NCBI GenBank assembly: GCA_004298665.1
Contig: SCQY01000254.1
Coordinates: 1-59,719 of the forward strand
From: a bacterium
GTDB lineage: Bacteria > Vulcanimicrobiota > Vulcanimicrobiia > Vulcanimicrobiales > SCRA01
DNA: 59,719 nucleotides
Reading direction: 5' to 3'
Shown here: positions 18,984-27,809 of the stretch, in pieces
How the letters are laid out: each line of letters begins with the position of its first letter
Numbering within the stretch: the first letter of the stretch is position 1
Program-made: the position numbers and the translations under genes
Notes under the pieces: model-generated
The model's input: only the letters and a program-made list of their open reading frames with translations
What the model was told of the DNA's origin: nothing
The model's database searches: none

Positions 18984-19874
18984 TCACGCGGTTGCAGGGA
19001 GAGAGTAGGTCGCCGGCGCCGATCGCACGCAGCGTGCCTGCAAGACCTGGCGGACCTTCTCGCGCCACCAGGCCGTCGTCGTTGGGCGACGACCCTCGAT
19101 AGCGCGTGCGATCTGGTCCACCGTTCCCGTACCGCCTAGATCCATGAGCGCGGCCCTAACGACAGCCCACCAGACGCCGCCCTTTGGTGCGTCCTCGAGC
19201 AGCGCGCGGTACCGCTCGGCTAGGTTCTTCGCGTCGCGCGTCTCGTGATACAGAGCGAAGCCAACCAGCGTCCGTCTGCGATCCTTGGAAAAGAGCGCGA
19301 AGAGCAAGGGCATCGAGAGACCCGGGAAGATGTTCCGTGGAATCAGAGACTGATCGATAGACCAACTCTCGGCATAGCGGCACACGCGCGAGGCGGTCTG
19401 GAAGATATACGCAGGCAAAATGAAGCCGAGGCGGCCTCCATCCGGGAGCAACCGGTGACAGCGTGCGAGGAAGCCGTCGATGACGTCGAGGTCGAATGGC
19501 GGGTTACCTACGACGGCGGTCGGCTGAACGTCGAGATGGACGGTACGGAAGTCGCCCTCGATGATGCGCCGCCCCGTGCGCACGCGAGCCTCGGCCGCGA
19601 GCGCCGTGTCGATCTCCACGCCAACGGCTGGCACAGTCGCTGGAAGCGCGGCCAAGAAGCGGCCAGGGCCGCAACTAGGCTCAAGAACGAGGTCCTCTCG
19701 ATCGAGGTGCGGGAAGTATCGCGCGATGATCTCCTCGCATACCCATGCTGGCGTGAAGAACTGGCCTAGAGCCCTGGCCGCCGGCGACGTTTGGCCCTGT
19801 GGAGGCGCCACGGCACCGCGGTCTGACAAGAAATTGAACGCGCTGGCCGCGTCGCTGTCGTTGCGTCTCGCCAT
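18984..19874 (-). CDS. Orphan N6-adenine DNA methyltransferase with C-terminal wHTH-like domain
   Basis: GQFFTP, VLEPSCGPGRF, VVGNPPF. Confidence 0.88.
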   Translation of the reverse strand: MARRNDSDAASAFNFLSDRGAVAPPQGQTSPAARALGQFFTPAWVCEEIIARYFPHLDREDLVLEPSCGPGRFLAALPATVPAVGVEIDTALAAEARVRTGRRIIEGDFRTVHLDVQPTAVVGNPPFDLDVIDGFLARCHRLLPDGGRLGFILPAYIFQTASRVCRYAESWSIDQSLIPRNIFPGLSMPLLFALFSKDRRRTLVGFALYHETRDAKNLAERYRALLEDAPKGGVWWAVVRAALMDLGGTGTVDQIARAIEGRRPTTTAWWREKVRQVLQARCVRSAPATYSLPATA

Positions 19875-19888
19875 ACTCTAAGTATAGC
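19872..19888 (-). promoter_or_regulatory. Palindrome copy, leaderless type
   Basis: GCTATACT-TAG-AGTATG; extended -10. Confidence 0.8.
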
Positions 19889-20007
19889 ATCCGCGCGGCG
19901 CCCATGGACCGTGCAGCCGCCACCGCTCTTCGTCGGTGGCGCGCCTCGCGCCGAGCGACCATGCCCGCCGTCGAGGGGATGGTCGCTCGGCATGGGAGGA
20001 TGGTCCG

Positions 20008-21072
20008 CTACGCCGTTGCAGACTCGCGTTTGAGCTTCAGCTGCGCAGCATCGCAGTCACCGTCGGCGACATCGCCACGAACGCGGAGGAACGTTGGCTG
20101 ATAGAGCGAGCCGCCCGCGTAGGCGTAGAGGTAGCGAACCTCCACGAACGTCCCGATCGCGGGCTTCGCAGCGTTGGGTGGGATCGTTACGTTTCCGACC
20201 TCGACCCATCCGGCGTTCCCGCGCATCTCCAAGCCAACACTCTGCTTGGCATTATGGCGTGAGACGCGGCACGTCGCAGTCTCGTAGAACTTGAACTTGA
20301 ACTGGGTGCCGTGTTTCCGTCCTGCCTCGACCGGGGCATCGGCTCGCTTGAAGACGACGCCTTCGGCGCCGGCGTCATAGAGCGCATTGAGTGCCTCGCG
20401 CTTGTTGGCGTGGCTGACCCCGACGACCGCTATCCAGGGAGAGGGGACATCACGCAGCAGTGCGATAAGCGCCTCATGTCTCGCGGCAAAGGGGCGTTCA
20501 TTGCCATGCCCGCCGGCCTCGAGGAGGTCGAACACGTGGTAGGTATCGCCGACGAGCTCGCCGTCGACGATGAACGAGTCCTCGGGCAGAGCCAGGATGT
20601 CTGCCACCAGCGCTTGTGGCAGGCTTGCGGCATTCCCGAGCTTGTTCGCGCCGACCACGGAGCCGCCGTCGCGCCGTACCATGAGACGCTCGCCATCGTG
20701 CTTCTGCTGCATGAGGTAGCGAGCGTCATCGAGGAGGCGTTCAGCCTCGGAGCGCTCGATGGGGATGAGCAGTTGCGGACGCAAGCCGGTGTCAGTTGGC
20801 ACGCTAGCGATTACGGCCCCGCCAGGAGCGCCCTGCGAGACACGGTAGTGCTTCTTGACCTTGGCGGCCACCAGGGCATCGAACGCGGCCCGCGCTGCGG
20901 CGAGGGCCGGGAAGACGCCCTTTGGCTGGAGCTTGAGCGCGGATCCAATCCGGCCGTTGAAACCGTTGACCGCGAAACCACTACCCGTCTCCTCGAGCTG
21001 CACGCGGTAGGCTTTGGCACTCCCTTCTTCGGTGCAGGTGAGCAGGACGGACGCGATGACGGAAGCAGGCAT
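20008..21072 (-). CDS. WGR-domain ATP-dependent DNA ligase
   Basis: N-terminal KAYRVQL...NGRIG (WGR-like); KHDGER motif I, VDGEL, FDLL, EGVVFK, C-terminal OB fold. Confidence 0.85.
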   Translation of the reverse strand: MPASVIASVLLTCTEEGSAKAYRVQLEETGSGFAVNGFNGRIGSALKLQPKGVFPALAAARAAFDALVAAKVKKHYRVSQGAPGGAVIASVPTDTGLRPQLLIPIERSEAERLLDDARYLMQQKHDGERLMVRRDGGSVVGANKLGNAASLPQALVADILALPEDSFIVDGELVGDTYHVFDLLEAGGHGNERPFAARHEALIALLRDVPSPWIAVVGVSHANKREALNALYDAGAEGVVFKRADAPVEAGRKHGTQFKFKFYETATCRVSRHNAKQSVGLEMRGNAGWVEVGNVTIPPNAAKPAIGTFVEVRYLYAYAGGSLYQPTFLRVRGDVADGDCDAAQLKLKRESATA

Positions 21073-21094
21073 TCATTTCTCCTGGAGTGTTAGT

Positions 21095-21113
21095 GCTATA
21101 CTCTAAGTATAGC
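21095..21113 (-). promoter_or_regulatory. Palindrome copy, full type, between divergent ligase and rusA-like genes
   Basis: GCTATACT-N3-AGTATAGC perfect; extended -10. Confidence 0.8.
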
Positions 21114-21216
21114 AGCCCAAGAAGCGTTGCCCCAGGGCGCTGGCTAAGTAAAGTGTGGTAGCGCCCGAGAGGAGCCTTGCGATCCCACGCGTGGAGCGCG
21201 TATCCTAGAGTCAAGG

Positions 21217-21792
21217 ATGAATAGAGGTGAAGCCGCGGGTCGAGCCGCGCAGGACGCTAGAGTGCCAACGGACGTGCTGGTGGTTGTCGCGCGGATCGAC
21301 GGACCGTATCCGTCGGTTGGGCATACGGGCCGCGACGGCGTGTCGCGAGGTCGCAAGTCGCGGGCGTACCACCAGCTCTATCGGCGGGTCCTCGACGCAG
21401 CGCGGGAAGCGATTGCGAGAACGGGATGGGAGCGTCTACCCACGTCGGAATTAGGACTCGTCGTAGCGACGCGATATTGCCCCGATCGCCGGCGGCTCGA
21501 TGCGTGGAATCTCGGGAAGTGCGAGGCGGACGCTCTCACGGAGTCGGGCGTCTGGGAGGACGACTGCGTAGCCGAGCCGCTGCTGCGCCGCCGCTATGAC
21601 CCTGCTGGCCCCGACCGCGTGGTATTCACGATCTTCCGCGGCGACCGAGAAGCGCCAGCGGAGGGTCGTGTTCGTCGCAGATCGTCGGCCCGACAGCCGT
21701 CCGTCGTTCCCGATCGCGGAGGCCGATGCGCAGAGCTGAATGGGAAGCCTATCTCCCGTGAAGCCGCACTGGCCCTCATTCGACGAAAATAG
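21217..21792 (+). CDS. RusA-like Holliday junction resolvase
   Basis: RRRLDAWNLGKCEADALTESGVWEDD matches RusA DxDNxxKxxxDxL...DD with substitutions; start uncertain. Confidence 0.65.
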   Translation: MNRGEAAGRAAQDARVPTDVLVVVARIDGPYPSVGHTGRDGVSRGRKSRAYHQLYRRVLDAAREAIARTGWERLPTSELGLVVATRYCPDRRRLDAWNLGKCEADALTESGVWEDDCVAEPLLRRRYDPAGPDRVVFTIFRGDREAPAEGRVRRRSSARQPSVVPDRGGRCAELNGKPISREAALALIRRK

Positions 21793-21940
21793 GACACGTT
21801 AAGGAGCGGAGCGCTCGGGATGCGTTCACCGTTGCCCCAATAGCCGGGAGAGAGCAGGAATAAAACCGCGGCGGCGATCTCATGCCCACGGAAAGATCGG
21901 CCCATACCGTCGGGCCGCTCGGCTGCCGTCCGCGGCTTCG

Positions 21941-22279
21941 CTATGCGTCGAGCTCGCGCAGAAGGCGCGAGATCACGCGGTCGCGCTCCGCCGCACACTC
22001 GCGCTCATAGGCATGGACCTCGGCGAAGAGCGCGGCGCGAGCGGCTCTCGCTCGCGGGGCAAGCTCGACCGAGCGGAGCGAGGCGCGCCAGGAGTCGTAG
22101 GCGATTCGCTTCGCGCGGGTCAGCGTCGCGCTGCTCGGCAGGTCGTCGAGCGTCCAGTGAGCCCGTCGCTCGACCGGCGCTGACCGGCGCGCGCGCTGAA
22201 GCGTTGGAGTTGGCTTGTTGAGCACGCGGTAGCGGAGGATACTTCGCAGGACGCGTACTTCGGATTCAAGAGTCGGCAT
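21941..22279 (-). CDS. Hypothetical protein
   Basis: GGAG RBS, coherent ORF. Confidence 0.45.
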   Translation of the reverse strand: MPTLESEVRVLRSILRYRVLNKPTPTLQRARRSAPVERRAHWTLDDLPSSATLTRAKRIAYDSWRASLRSVELAPRARAARAALFAEVHAYERECAAERDRVISRLLRELDA

Positions 22280-22367
22280 GGCTCCTAGTAGGTCTCCAAG
22301 GGGTGAAGAGGGGACGAGGATTGGCCCCGGTGGGACCGGAGTTCCACGCGGGGCCGCATCTCGGTGA

Positions 22368-23492
22368 CTAGGAGCGCTTCTTGTGCCCCTTCAGCGCGAG
22401 GAGCGCGCCATGAACGGCCTTGATCTCATCCTCGGCGAGGTCGTCGATCGTGGTAACGTCCGCGTGGATTACCTCTCGGACGTACGCCAGGAGCGCTTCC
22501 GGGCTCTCGAGGCCCTTCTCTTCTCCGAGCGTCACCACGGAGCGCTTCCACGGGATCGAGGCAGCCTTCACGCCGCGCTCGGCGGCGCTGCGCCATGCGG
22601 GCTGCTGAGCCTTCGGCTCCGGCGCATCCTGTGCCGCCGCTGCGGCGTCGTCGGCCCGCTCCGCCGCGGCTCCCGCTGCCGCATCGTCTCCCTGGGCGCT
22701 GGCGGCCGTAGCCCCATGTTCCGCGGCAACGGTGGCACCCTGCTCCTCGATCATCGCTCCCAGCGTAGAGATGTAGGCGTCCTGACCCGTTGGCGGATCG
22801 TCCTCCGGCGCTGCGGGCCTTAGCGCTTCCGCACGGGCTGCGAGCCGTCCGGACGCCCCGGTCGCCACGACAGTGGCCTGCTCCGCGACCGCGTAGTCGC
22901 GAACCTCTTCGGCGATGGCCAAGCCGCGCAGTATGTCCGACGCGCCGTCACGAAGCGTCCACGAACGCGCGCGCATCTGGTGCATGCGCTCCTCGTACAG
23001 AGCCCAGGGACCTTCCTTACCAATCAGGCGCGCCTTCTTCGCTTGAGCGTACGTGAAGGAACGCGTGACCGGCGTGCGGCCCTTGCGCGTGAGCGTGCAG
23101 TACGCAACGCGCTTCTCGCCTTCGCCCTCGAACCACTCCTTGCAGTCGACGAACGACGGGTGGGCCTGCACGAGCGCCAGCGCGTGATCACCCCAAATCG
23201 AAGGGCGGCCGTTGATCACCGCGATACCCTGAAGGCTCTGCGCCGGCGATAGACCGACCTGGGCACCCTCGGTGATCGCGATGAGCACGTTGGCCGGCTT
23301 GCCCTTGTAGTCTTTCGGCGCGAAGTCGGAGCCGGCGAGCATCTTGCAGAGGTACATCGCCTGCTCGAAGTTCTGCGGTCGGATCGCGTCGACGAACGCC
23401 AAACCGATGCTGGCGGGTCGGCCACCCGCCGTGGAGATCGGGACCACCTCCGGGAGCTGTTGCTCCTTGGTGGCGCCGTTGGTCTGACCCAT
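22368..23492 (-). CDS. recT: RecT/Bet-like single-strand annealing protein
   Basis: KGKPANVLIAI..G..VGLSP.QSLQGIAVINGRPSIWGD; GPW...RM..MRA; next to YqaJ. Confidence 0.85.
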   Translation of the reverse strand: MGQTNGATKEQQLPEVVPISTAGGRPASIGLAFVDAIRPQNFEQAMYLCKMLAGSDFAPKDYKGKPANVLIAITEGAQVGLSPAQSLQGIAVINGRPSIWGDHALALVQAHPSFVDCKEWFEGEGEKRVAYCTLTRKGRTPVTRSFTYAQAKKARLIGKEGPWALYEERMHQMRARSWTLRDGASDILRGLAIAEEVRDYAVAEQATVVATGASGRLAARAEALRPAAPEDDPPTGQDAYISTLGAMIEEQGATVAAEHGATAASAQGDDAAAGAAAERADDAAAAAQDAPEPKAQQPAWRSAAERGVKAASIPWKRSVVTLGEEKGLESPEALLAYVREVIHADVTTIDDLAEDEIKAVHGALLALKGHKKRS

Positions 23493-23523
23493 GAAGAAGT
23501 CCTTTCCTCGCGTAGTGGTGTAG

Positions 23524-23542
23524 GCTATACACTAAGTATAGC
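23524..23542 (-). promoter_or_regulatory. Palindrome copy, full type
   Basis: TAGGCTATAC-N5-GTATAGCCTA (23521-23545). Confidence 0.8.
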
Positions 23543-23566
23543 CTACGCGAAGTCTGAGTTCCAGGA

Positions 23567-24583
23567 TCACGAAGCGACGCGAAACTCACGCGTCGTCTTC
23601 ACGAACGCCTTGGCGGCGTCCGGACGTGCGGCCTTGAACGCGTTGGCGTCGAATGCTGGAACCAGGAACGAGCGGAACAATTCCGGCTCCTGCGCGGCCA
23701 GGGCGGCCTCATCGATTCGCCCGGTGCTCTTGGTCGAGAAGGTGGCGAGCTTCTGGCCGCCGATGGTAAGGACGTCGGCCTCGCCAAGGAAGGCGACGAT
23801 CTGATGCTTGACCTCTTCTTTCGCTTTCTCGCCAGCGTTGAGCTCGCGGTAGCGGTCGACCAGCATCGCGATCTCGGGAGTAGCCTCCTTCGCGACACCC
23901 TTGACCTTCGGCCAGCGCGTCACAACGTCGCTAACGGTGCTGGGATCGGGCGGGACGCCCTGCTCGACGCGTCTCCAGAAGTCGGTCTCGAGCGCGATGA
24001 GGTTAGCGATATCCTCTTCGTTGCGCTCGATCAAGTACTCGCGGTAGTCGCTGCCAGCGATCAGGGCCGCCACGTAGGCGAAACGGCGTCCCGTCACGGC
24101 GAGCTGGTGCTGCACCTGAACGTAGTAGCTCTCCGGGATCTCCGACGAGCCCGAGTCGCCCCAGCCGTCGGCGGAACGAGCGGTCTTGATCTCCAAGACC
24201 ACCGGCTCGATCCCGCCGAGGAACACGTCGCGGTCCAGGTTCGCGAGCATGAACGGGTACTGATGATGCCTGAGGATGAAGTTGATGCGTCGGACCTTCC
24301 ACTCGGGGTGCTCCCGCGCAAACTTCTGCGCGATCGGCTCCTCGAGGATGTTGCCCCACTCGATCCAGGGCTTCTCGGAGATGTCCTCCGGTTCGATCTC
24401 GCCGCGCTTCTCCAAGTAGAGTTTGTATGGCGTGGACCAAGACGACATGCAAGCGACGACCGCTGCATCGGATGAGCCGATGCCTAGGCGGCGGGCCGCG
24501 AGCCATTCCTCGTGACTCATGCCGGCCTTGCTGATCTTGTGATCTTGCACGGGGGAAGAGGGCTGTGGTAGGGTGATGGTCAC
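23567..24583 (-). CDS. YqaJ-like viral recombinase exonuclease
   Basis: EEWLAARRLGIGSSDA, WGNILE, LANLDR, LEIKT, YYVQVQHQL. Confidence 0.92.
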   Translation of the reverse strand: MTITLPQPSSPVQDHKISKAGMSHEEWLAARRLGIGSSDAAVVACMSSWSTPYKLYLEKRGEIEPEDISEKPWIEWGNILEEPIAQKFAREHPEWKVRRINFILRHHQYPFMLANLDRDVFLGGIEPVVLEIKTARSADGWGDSGSSEIPESYYVQVQHQLAVTGRRFAYVAALIAGSDYREYLIERNEEDIANLIALETDFWRRVEQGVPPDPSTVSDVVTRWPKVKGVAKEATPEIAMLVDRYRELNAGEKAKEEVKHQIVAFLGEADVLTIGGQKLATFSTKSTGRIDEAALAAQEPELFRSFLVPAFDANAFKAARPDAAKAFVKTTREFRVAS

Positions 24584-24793
24584 AGGGGCGATACCTCGCG
24601 TAGTGGTGTGGATTGTTCCTGTGCAGCGGAGAGGTGTTGCAAGCGCCTCTCCGCTCTACGTTTATTCTAGCACGTTGCGACGGCGCCTCATGCGCAGCGG
24701 CTACACGTCCTTCGTCACCGACGGCCCATTCGCCAGCGGTACACAGCCAACAGCAGCGGGTGTATGGGAGATTACCGTCGAGGACTCACCATC

Positions 24794-25441
24794 CTATAGG
24801 GCGGGCCCGGAGACGATCAGGCTGCGATACTGCCGCTCAATCCGTTCGATCGCAAGGCCTAAGTCCACGAGCACCGCGCACTTTCCGTTGACGAGTTGCA
24901 AGCCCGGACGATCGAAGCGGACATGCAGCGGTCCGGCGCCCAGGCCGTTGTCCAGCACGAGGTCTGGGCGAATCGCCTCGATACTCGGCTCACTCGCGTC
25001 GTTCAGCATCTCCAAGGTCGGCTCCGCACCATCGCGCTCCAAGACGCGGTGTCGACGCGTCTCCTCGTCTGCGTCGATGAAGAGAACCGCGGCACCAGCA
25101 GCCCGTAGAGGCTCCGTTTCTTCCTGCCGGCGTGCGATCACGACGGGTATTCCCGAGGTCGCCTCCCAGCGCTCTAGGGTATCTCGTACGGCCTCGCGCT
25201 GGGCGAAGGGGTCGTTGCCGATAGTTTGGAGCGCTCGACGGAACTCCGGCTTCCGTCGCCGGATCTCACCGGTGGAGAGGTGCAGGCGCTTTCCAAGCAT
25301 GGCGTAGTAGTGCTCCCCGAGATGCCAGGAGACCGCGTGATGGGCCTGTGCTATCGCCGCCGTGATCCGGTCTACAACGTAGTCCTTCCCCGCCCCCATC
25401 CTTCCAACGATGACGAGACCCGCGTGTTGCTGAGCCATCAC
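24794..25441 (-). CDS. P-loop nucleotide kinase (dNMP-kinase-like)
   Basis: GRMGAGKD, LFIDADEETRRHR, SE...DLVLDN. Confidence 0.6.
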   Translation of the reverse strand: MMAQQHAGLVIVGRMGAGKDYVVDRITAAIAQAHHAVSWHLGEHYYAMLGKRLHLSTGEIRRRKPEFRRALQTIGNDPFAQREAVRDTLERWEATSGIPVVIARRQEETEPLRAAGAAVLFIDADEETRRHRVLERDGAEPTLEMLNDASEPSIEAIRPDLVLDNGLGAGPLHVRFDRPGLQLVNGKCAVLVDLGLAIERIERQYRSLIVSGPAL

Positions 25442-25710
25442 GCCACCTCTCTCGAGCGGAGGTGTCGGCGAGGCATGTCGCCCACAAAGTCGGCGCGCTC
25501 AATTGCCAGGCGCCGGCGGCCGTCTGGCGATACGCCACGGTCAATCTGGCGCGCCCACTTCCGGGCGTCAGGCCCAACGGCATGGGGATACAAGGGCTCG
25601 AACCCGAGAGCCACGAGGACATCCTCGCTAGTCACTTGCGGGCAGAGGCCGCGTGCGAGCCAGAAGAGCACCTCCTCTGCCGTCGACGCATTCACACGGC
25701 TAGTGGTCAC
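25438..25710 (-). CDS. Hypothetical protein
   Basis: ATGA overlap, GGAG RBS. Confidence 0.45.
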   Translation of the reverse strand: MTTSRVNASTAEEVLFWLARGLCPQVTSEDVLVALGFEPLYPHAVGPDARKWARQIDRGVSPDGRRRLAIERADFVGDMPRRHLRSREVA

Positions 25711-25756
25711 TAATTACTCCTTCCAGAGGATGGGTGCCAAGACGGAGCCATACGCA

Positions 25757-26218
25757 CTACAACGTTAGCCCGCTTAACCGGGCCTTCGGCTCAGCGAGGT
25801 TCGGAGAGCGCAGTGCGATGGCAAGAAGATCGGTTCGCAACTGACCGACGACGTCGCGGTACACGTCATCCTCGTCGATGAGTCGGGAAATGCGGTTGTG
25901 AGCGTACAATGCGCTGGTGTGGTCCCTGTAGCCGAAGGCTCTGGCAAGTTGAGGGTACGAAAGGTTCTTCAACTCGCGTACCAGGTAGAGCGCAATATGG
26001 CGAGCGGCGACCTCGTGAGGCTCCCTCCCTGACGCGCGGACGGCATTCGGCTGCACGTCGAACGCATCTGCGACGTGTTCGATGATCGCGTTGGTCGGCA
26101 GGAATGGAATGCGCCTTTGCGATGGCGCCTTCACTCCGAGGCGATGCGCGGCCCAGCCTGTCGTTGGGAGAGCCGCAGAATCGAAGGCGGGAGTGGGAGT
26201 AGGGAGTATCGATTCCAT
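25757..26218 (-). CDS. Stand-alone DnaA C-terminal (domain IV) DNA-binding protein
   Basis: IIEHVADAFDV...ARHIALYLVREL.NLSYPQLARAFGYRDHTSALYA. Confidence 0.85.
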   Translation of the reverse strand: MESILPTPTPAFDSAALPTTGWAAHRLGVKAPSQRRIPFLPTNAIIEHVADAFDVQPNAVRASGREPHEVAARHIALYLVRELKNLSYPQLARAFGYRDHTSALYAHNRISRLIDEDDVYRDVVGQLRTDLLAIALRSPNLAEPKARLSGLTL

Positions 26219-26219
26219 G

Positions 26220-26600
26220 CTACGGTTTCCTCAGGTCTATGCCACGTTCATGGGCACGCACTAGGACGACGCGCCCGCTGGCGAGACGGCGATGGTGAGA
26301 GCGGACGGCGTGACGCGTGGCACTCGCGCGCTCCCTGGGGTGTGAAGAAACGGCAATGGGCTCAGCGCGATCATCGAGTGCCACGACGGACCGCGCAAGG
26401 ACGTGCGGTGTCGGCTTGGTACACAGGCGGCCGCTGACAAGGAGTTCACGATGGCACAGCACGGTCTCGGCGTCGATAGGTGGTGCGAGAACGTCGATCG
26501 TGCCGACGTTGGGGATGACGAGCGAGAAGTGCAAGACATTGGAGCGCCGCATCAGCCGGCCGCGTCTTCCGCGTACCAGAAGTGCCGCGTAGGCGCTCAT
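26220..26600 (-). CDS. Hypothetical protein
   Basis: Coupled to primase (ATGA) and to the DnaA_C gene. Confidence 0.4.
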   Translation of the reverse strand: MSAYAALLVRGRRGRLMRRSNVLHFSLVIPNVGTIDVLAPPIDAETVLCHRELLVSGRLCTKPTPHVLARSVVALDDRAEPIAVSSHPRERASATRHAVRSHHRRLASGRVVLVRAHERGIDLRKP

Positions 26601-27715
26601 ACCGCTGGCACGCCAACCGCTGGAGGAGGGGCGAGTTGAAAGCGAGCGGCGTACAGCTCACGAATCTGCTGCTCAAGGTCCTTGCGGGTCAGGCGGAGAT
26701 TCGTCTTTTGGATGAGCGACGTGACATCATGCGCCGCGCATCGCTGGCGCAGCTCTTGCAGGATGCCGGCGTCGTCCAAGCCAGCGGCGCGCTGTTCTGG
26801 CACCAAGTTTGCGACGTCGTAGTGGTCCCAGCGCTCTGGTGCGAGGTCGTAAGCCCGAACCGGAATGCCGGCTTTGCGAAACAGCTCTGCGCGCAAGGCC
26901 ACCGATCGGCGTCCCGGGAGATCGCAGTCAGGCAGGAAAATCAGACTTCGCGTGCCTTGAAAATAGCCTGCCCACTCTGGCGGGAGGTTCCATGACGAAC
27001 CGCTGGAGTTGGTTGTCGCGACAAGGCCCAAGGACTCCAGCGCCTTGACTTTCTTTTCGCCCTCGACGTAGAGAATTGGCTTCCCGGCGCGCGCAGCATC
27101 GAACACTTCAGGGAGTCGGTACGGGACCGCCTTAACGCCGGCTATACCCTTCTCCCAGCCTGGCCCCTCGGTGCCATACAGCCTGGGATCGTTGCAGCCG
27201 GGGGAGGGCCGATACTGCGAGAACGTTTTGCCTGGCTTCCCACTGGAGAAGACACCCTCTTCACGGACAACGCGGTAGAGCAGCGTGCCGTCCAGATCCA
27301 CATAGTCGTAGCGGTCGACGACCTGTTTGCGCAGCAGCGGTTCGACGTGCTTGCGATGGCGCGCCTTGCTCGCGAAGTCGATCGTCGGCTCGTAGGGAAC
27401 CCCGGACAGGCGCTCCTCGACCAGCCAATCGACTGCGGCGCCTCGGGTGCGTGCGCCCTCGGCGAAGACGATGAAGTCGAGTAACCCGCCTGACTGACCG
27501 CAACAGAACGAGTGCCACACCTTGGCGTTTGGCTCATCGCGCACGGAGCAAGATGGCGTGTCGTCGTTGTGGTCTGGCGAGGGGCAAGGTACCAGCACGC
27601 CGCGCGTGGTCCGGATTCCGCGAGCGGGTAGACCCGTCAAGCGCTCGTAGGCGGCGAACATGCTCGTGCCATTGATCAGGCGGTGGAGATCGATGTCGTA
27701 CTTGGTGTTGGGCAT
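26597..27715 (-). CDS. DNA primase (CHC2-type Zn finger + TOPRIM)
   Basis: CPSPDHNDDTPS...WHSFCCG..G; YVEGEK; FLPDCDLPG. Confidence 0.85.
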   Translation of the reverse strand: MPNTKYDIDLHRLINGTSMFAAYERLTGLPARGIRTTRGVLVPCPSPDHNDDTPSCSVRDEPNAKVWHSFCCGQSGGLLDFIVFAEGARTRGAAVDWLVEERLSGVPYEPTIDFASKARHRKHVEPLLRKQVVDRYDYVDLDGTLLYRVVREEGVFSSGKPGKTFSQYRPSPGCNDPRLYGTEGPGWEKGIAGVKAVPYRLPEVFDAARAGKPILYVEGEKKVKALESLGLVATTNSSGSSWNLPPEWAGYFQGTRSLIFLPDCDLPGRRSVALRAELFRKAGIPVRAYDLAPERWDHYDVANLVPEQRAAGLDDAGILQELRQRCAAHDVTSLIQKTNLRLTRKDLEQQIRELYAARFQLAPPPAVGVPAV

Positions 27716-27809
27716 CCGGCTACCCCTGGATAGGCATCAGGCGGGAAGCATAGGCTCTTGTTCAGGCATCACGTAGGGAATCCTGCTCGAGAAAAGAAGA
27801 ACCGAGACC

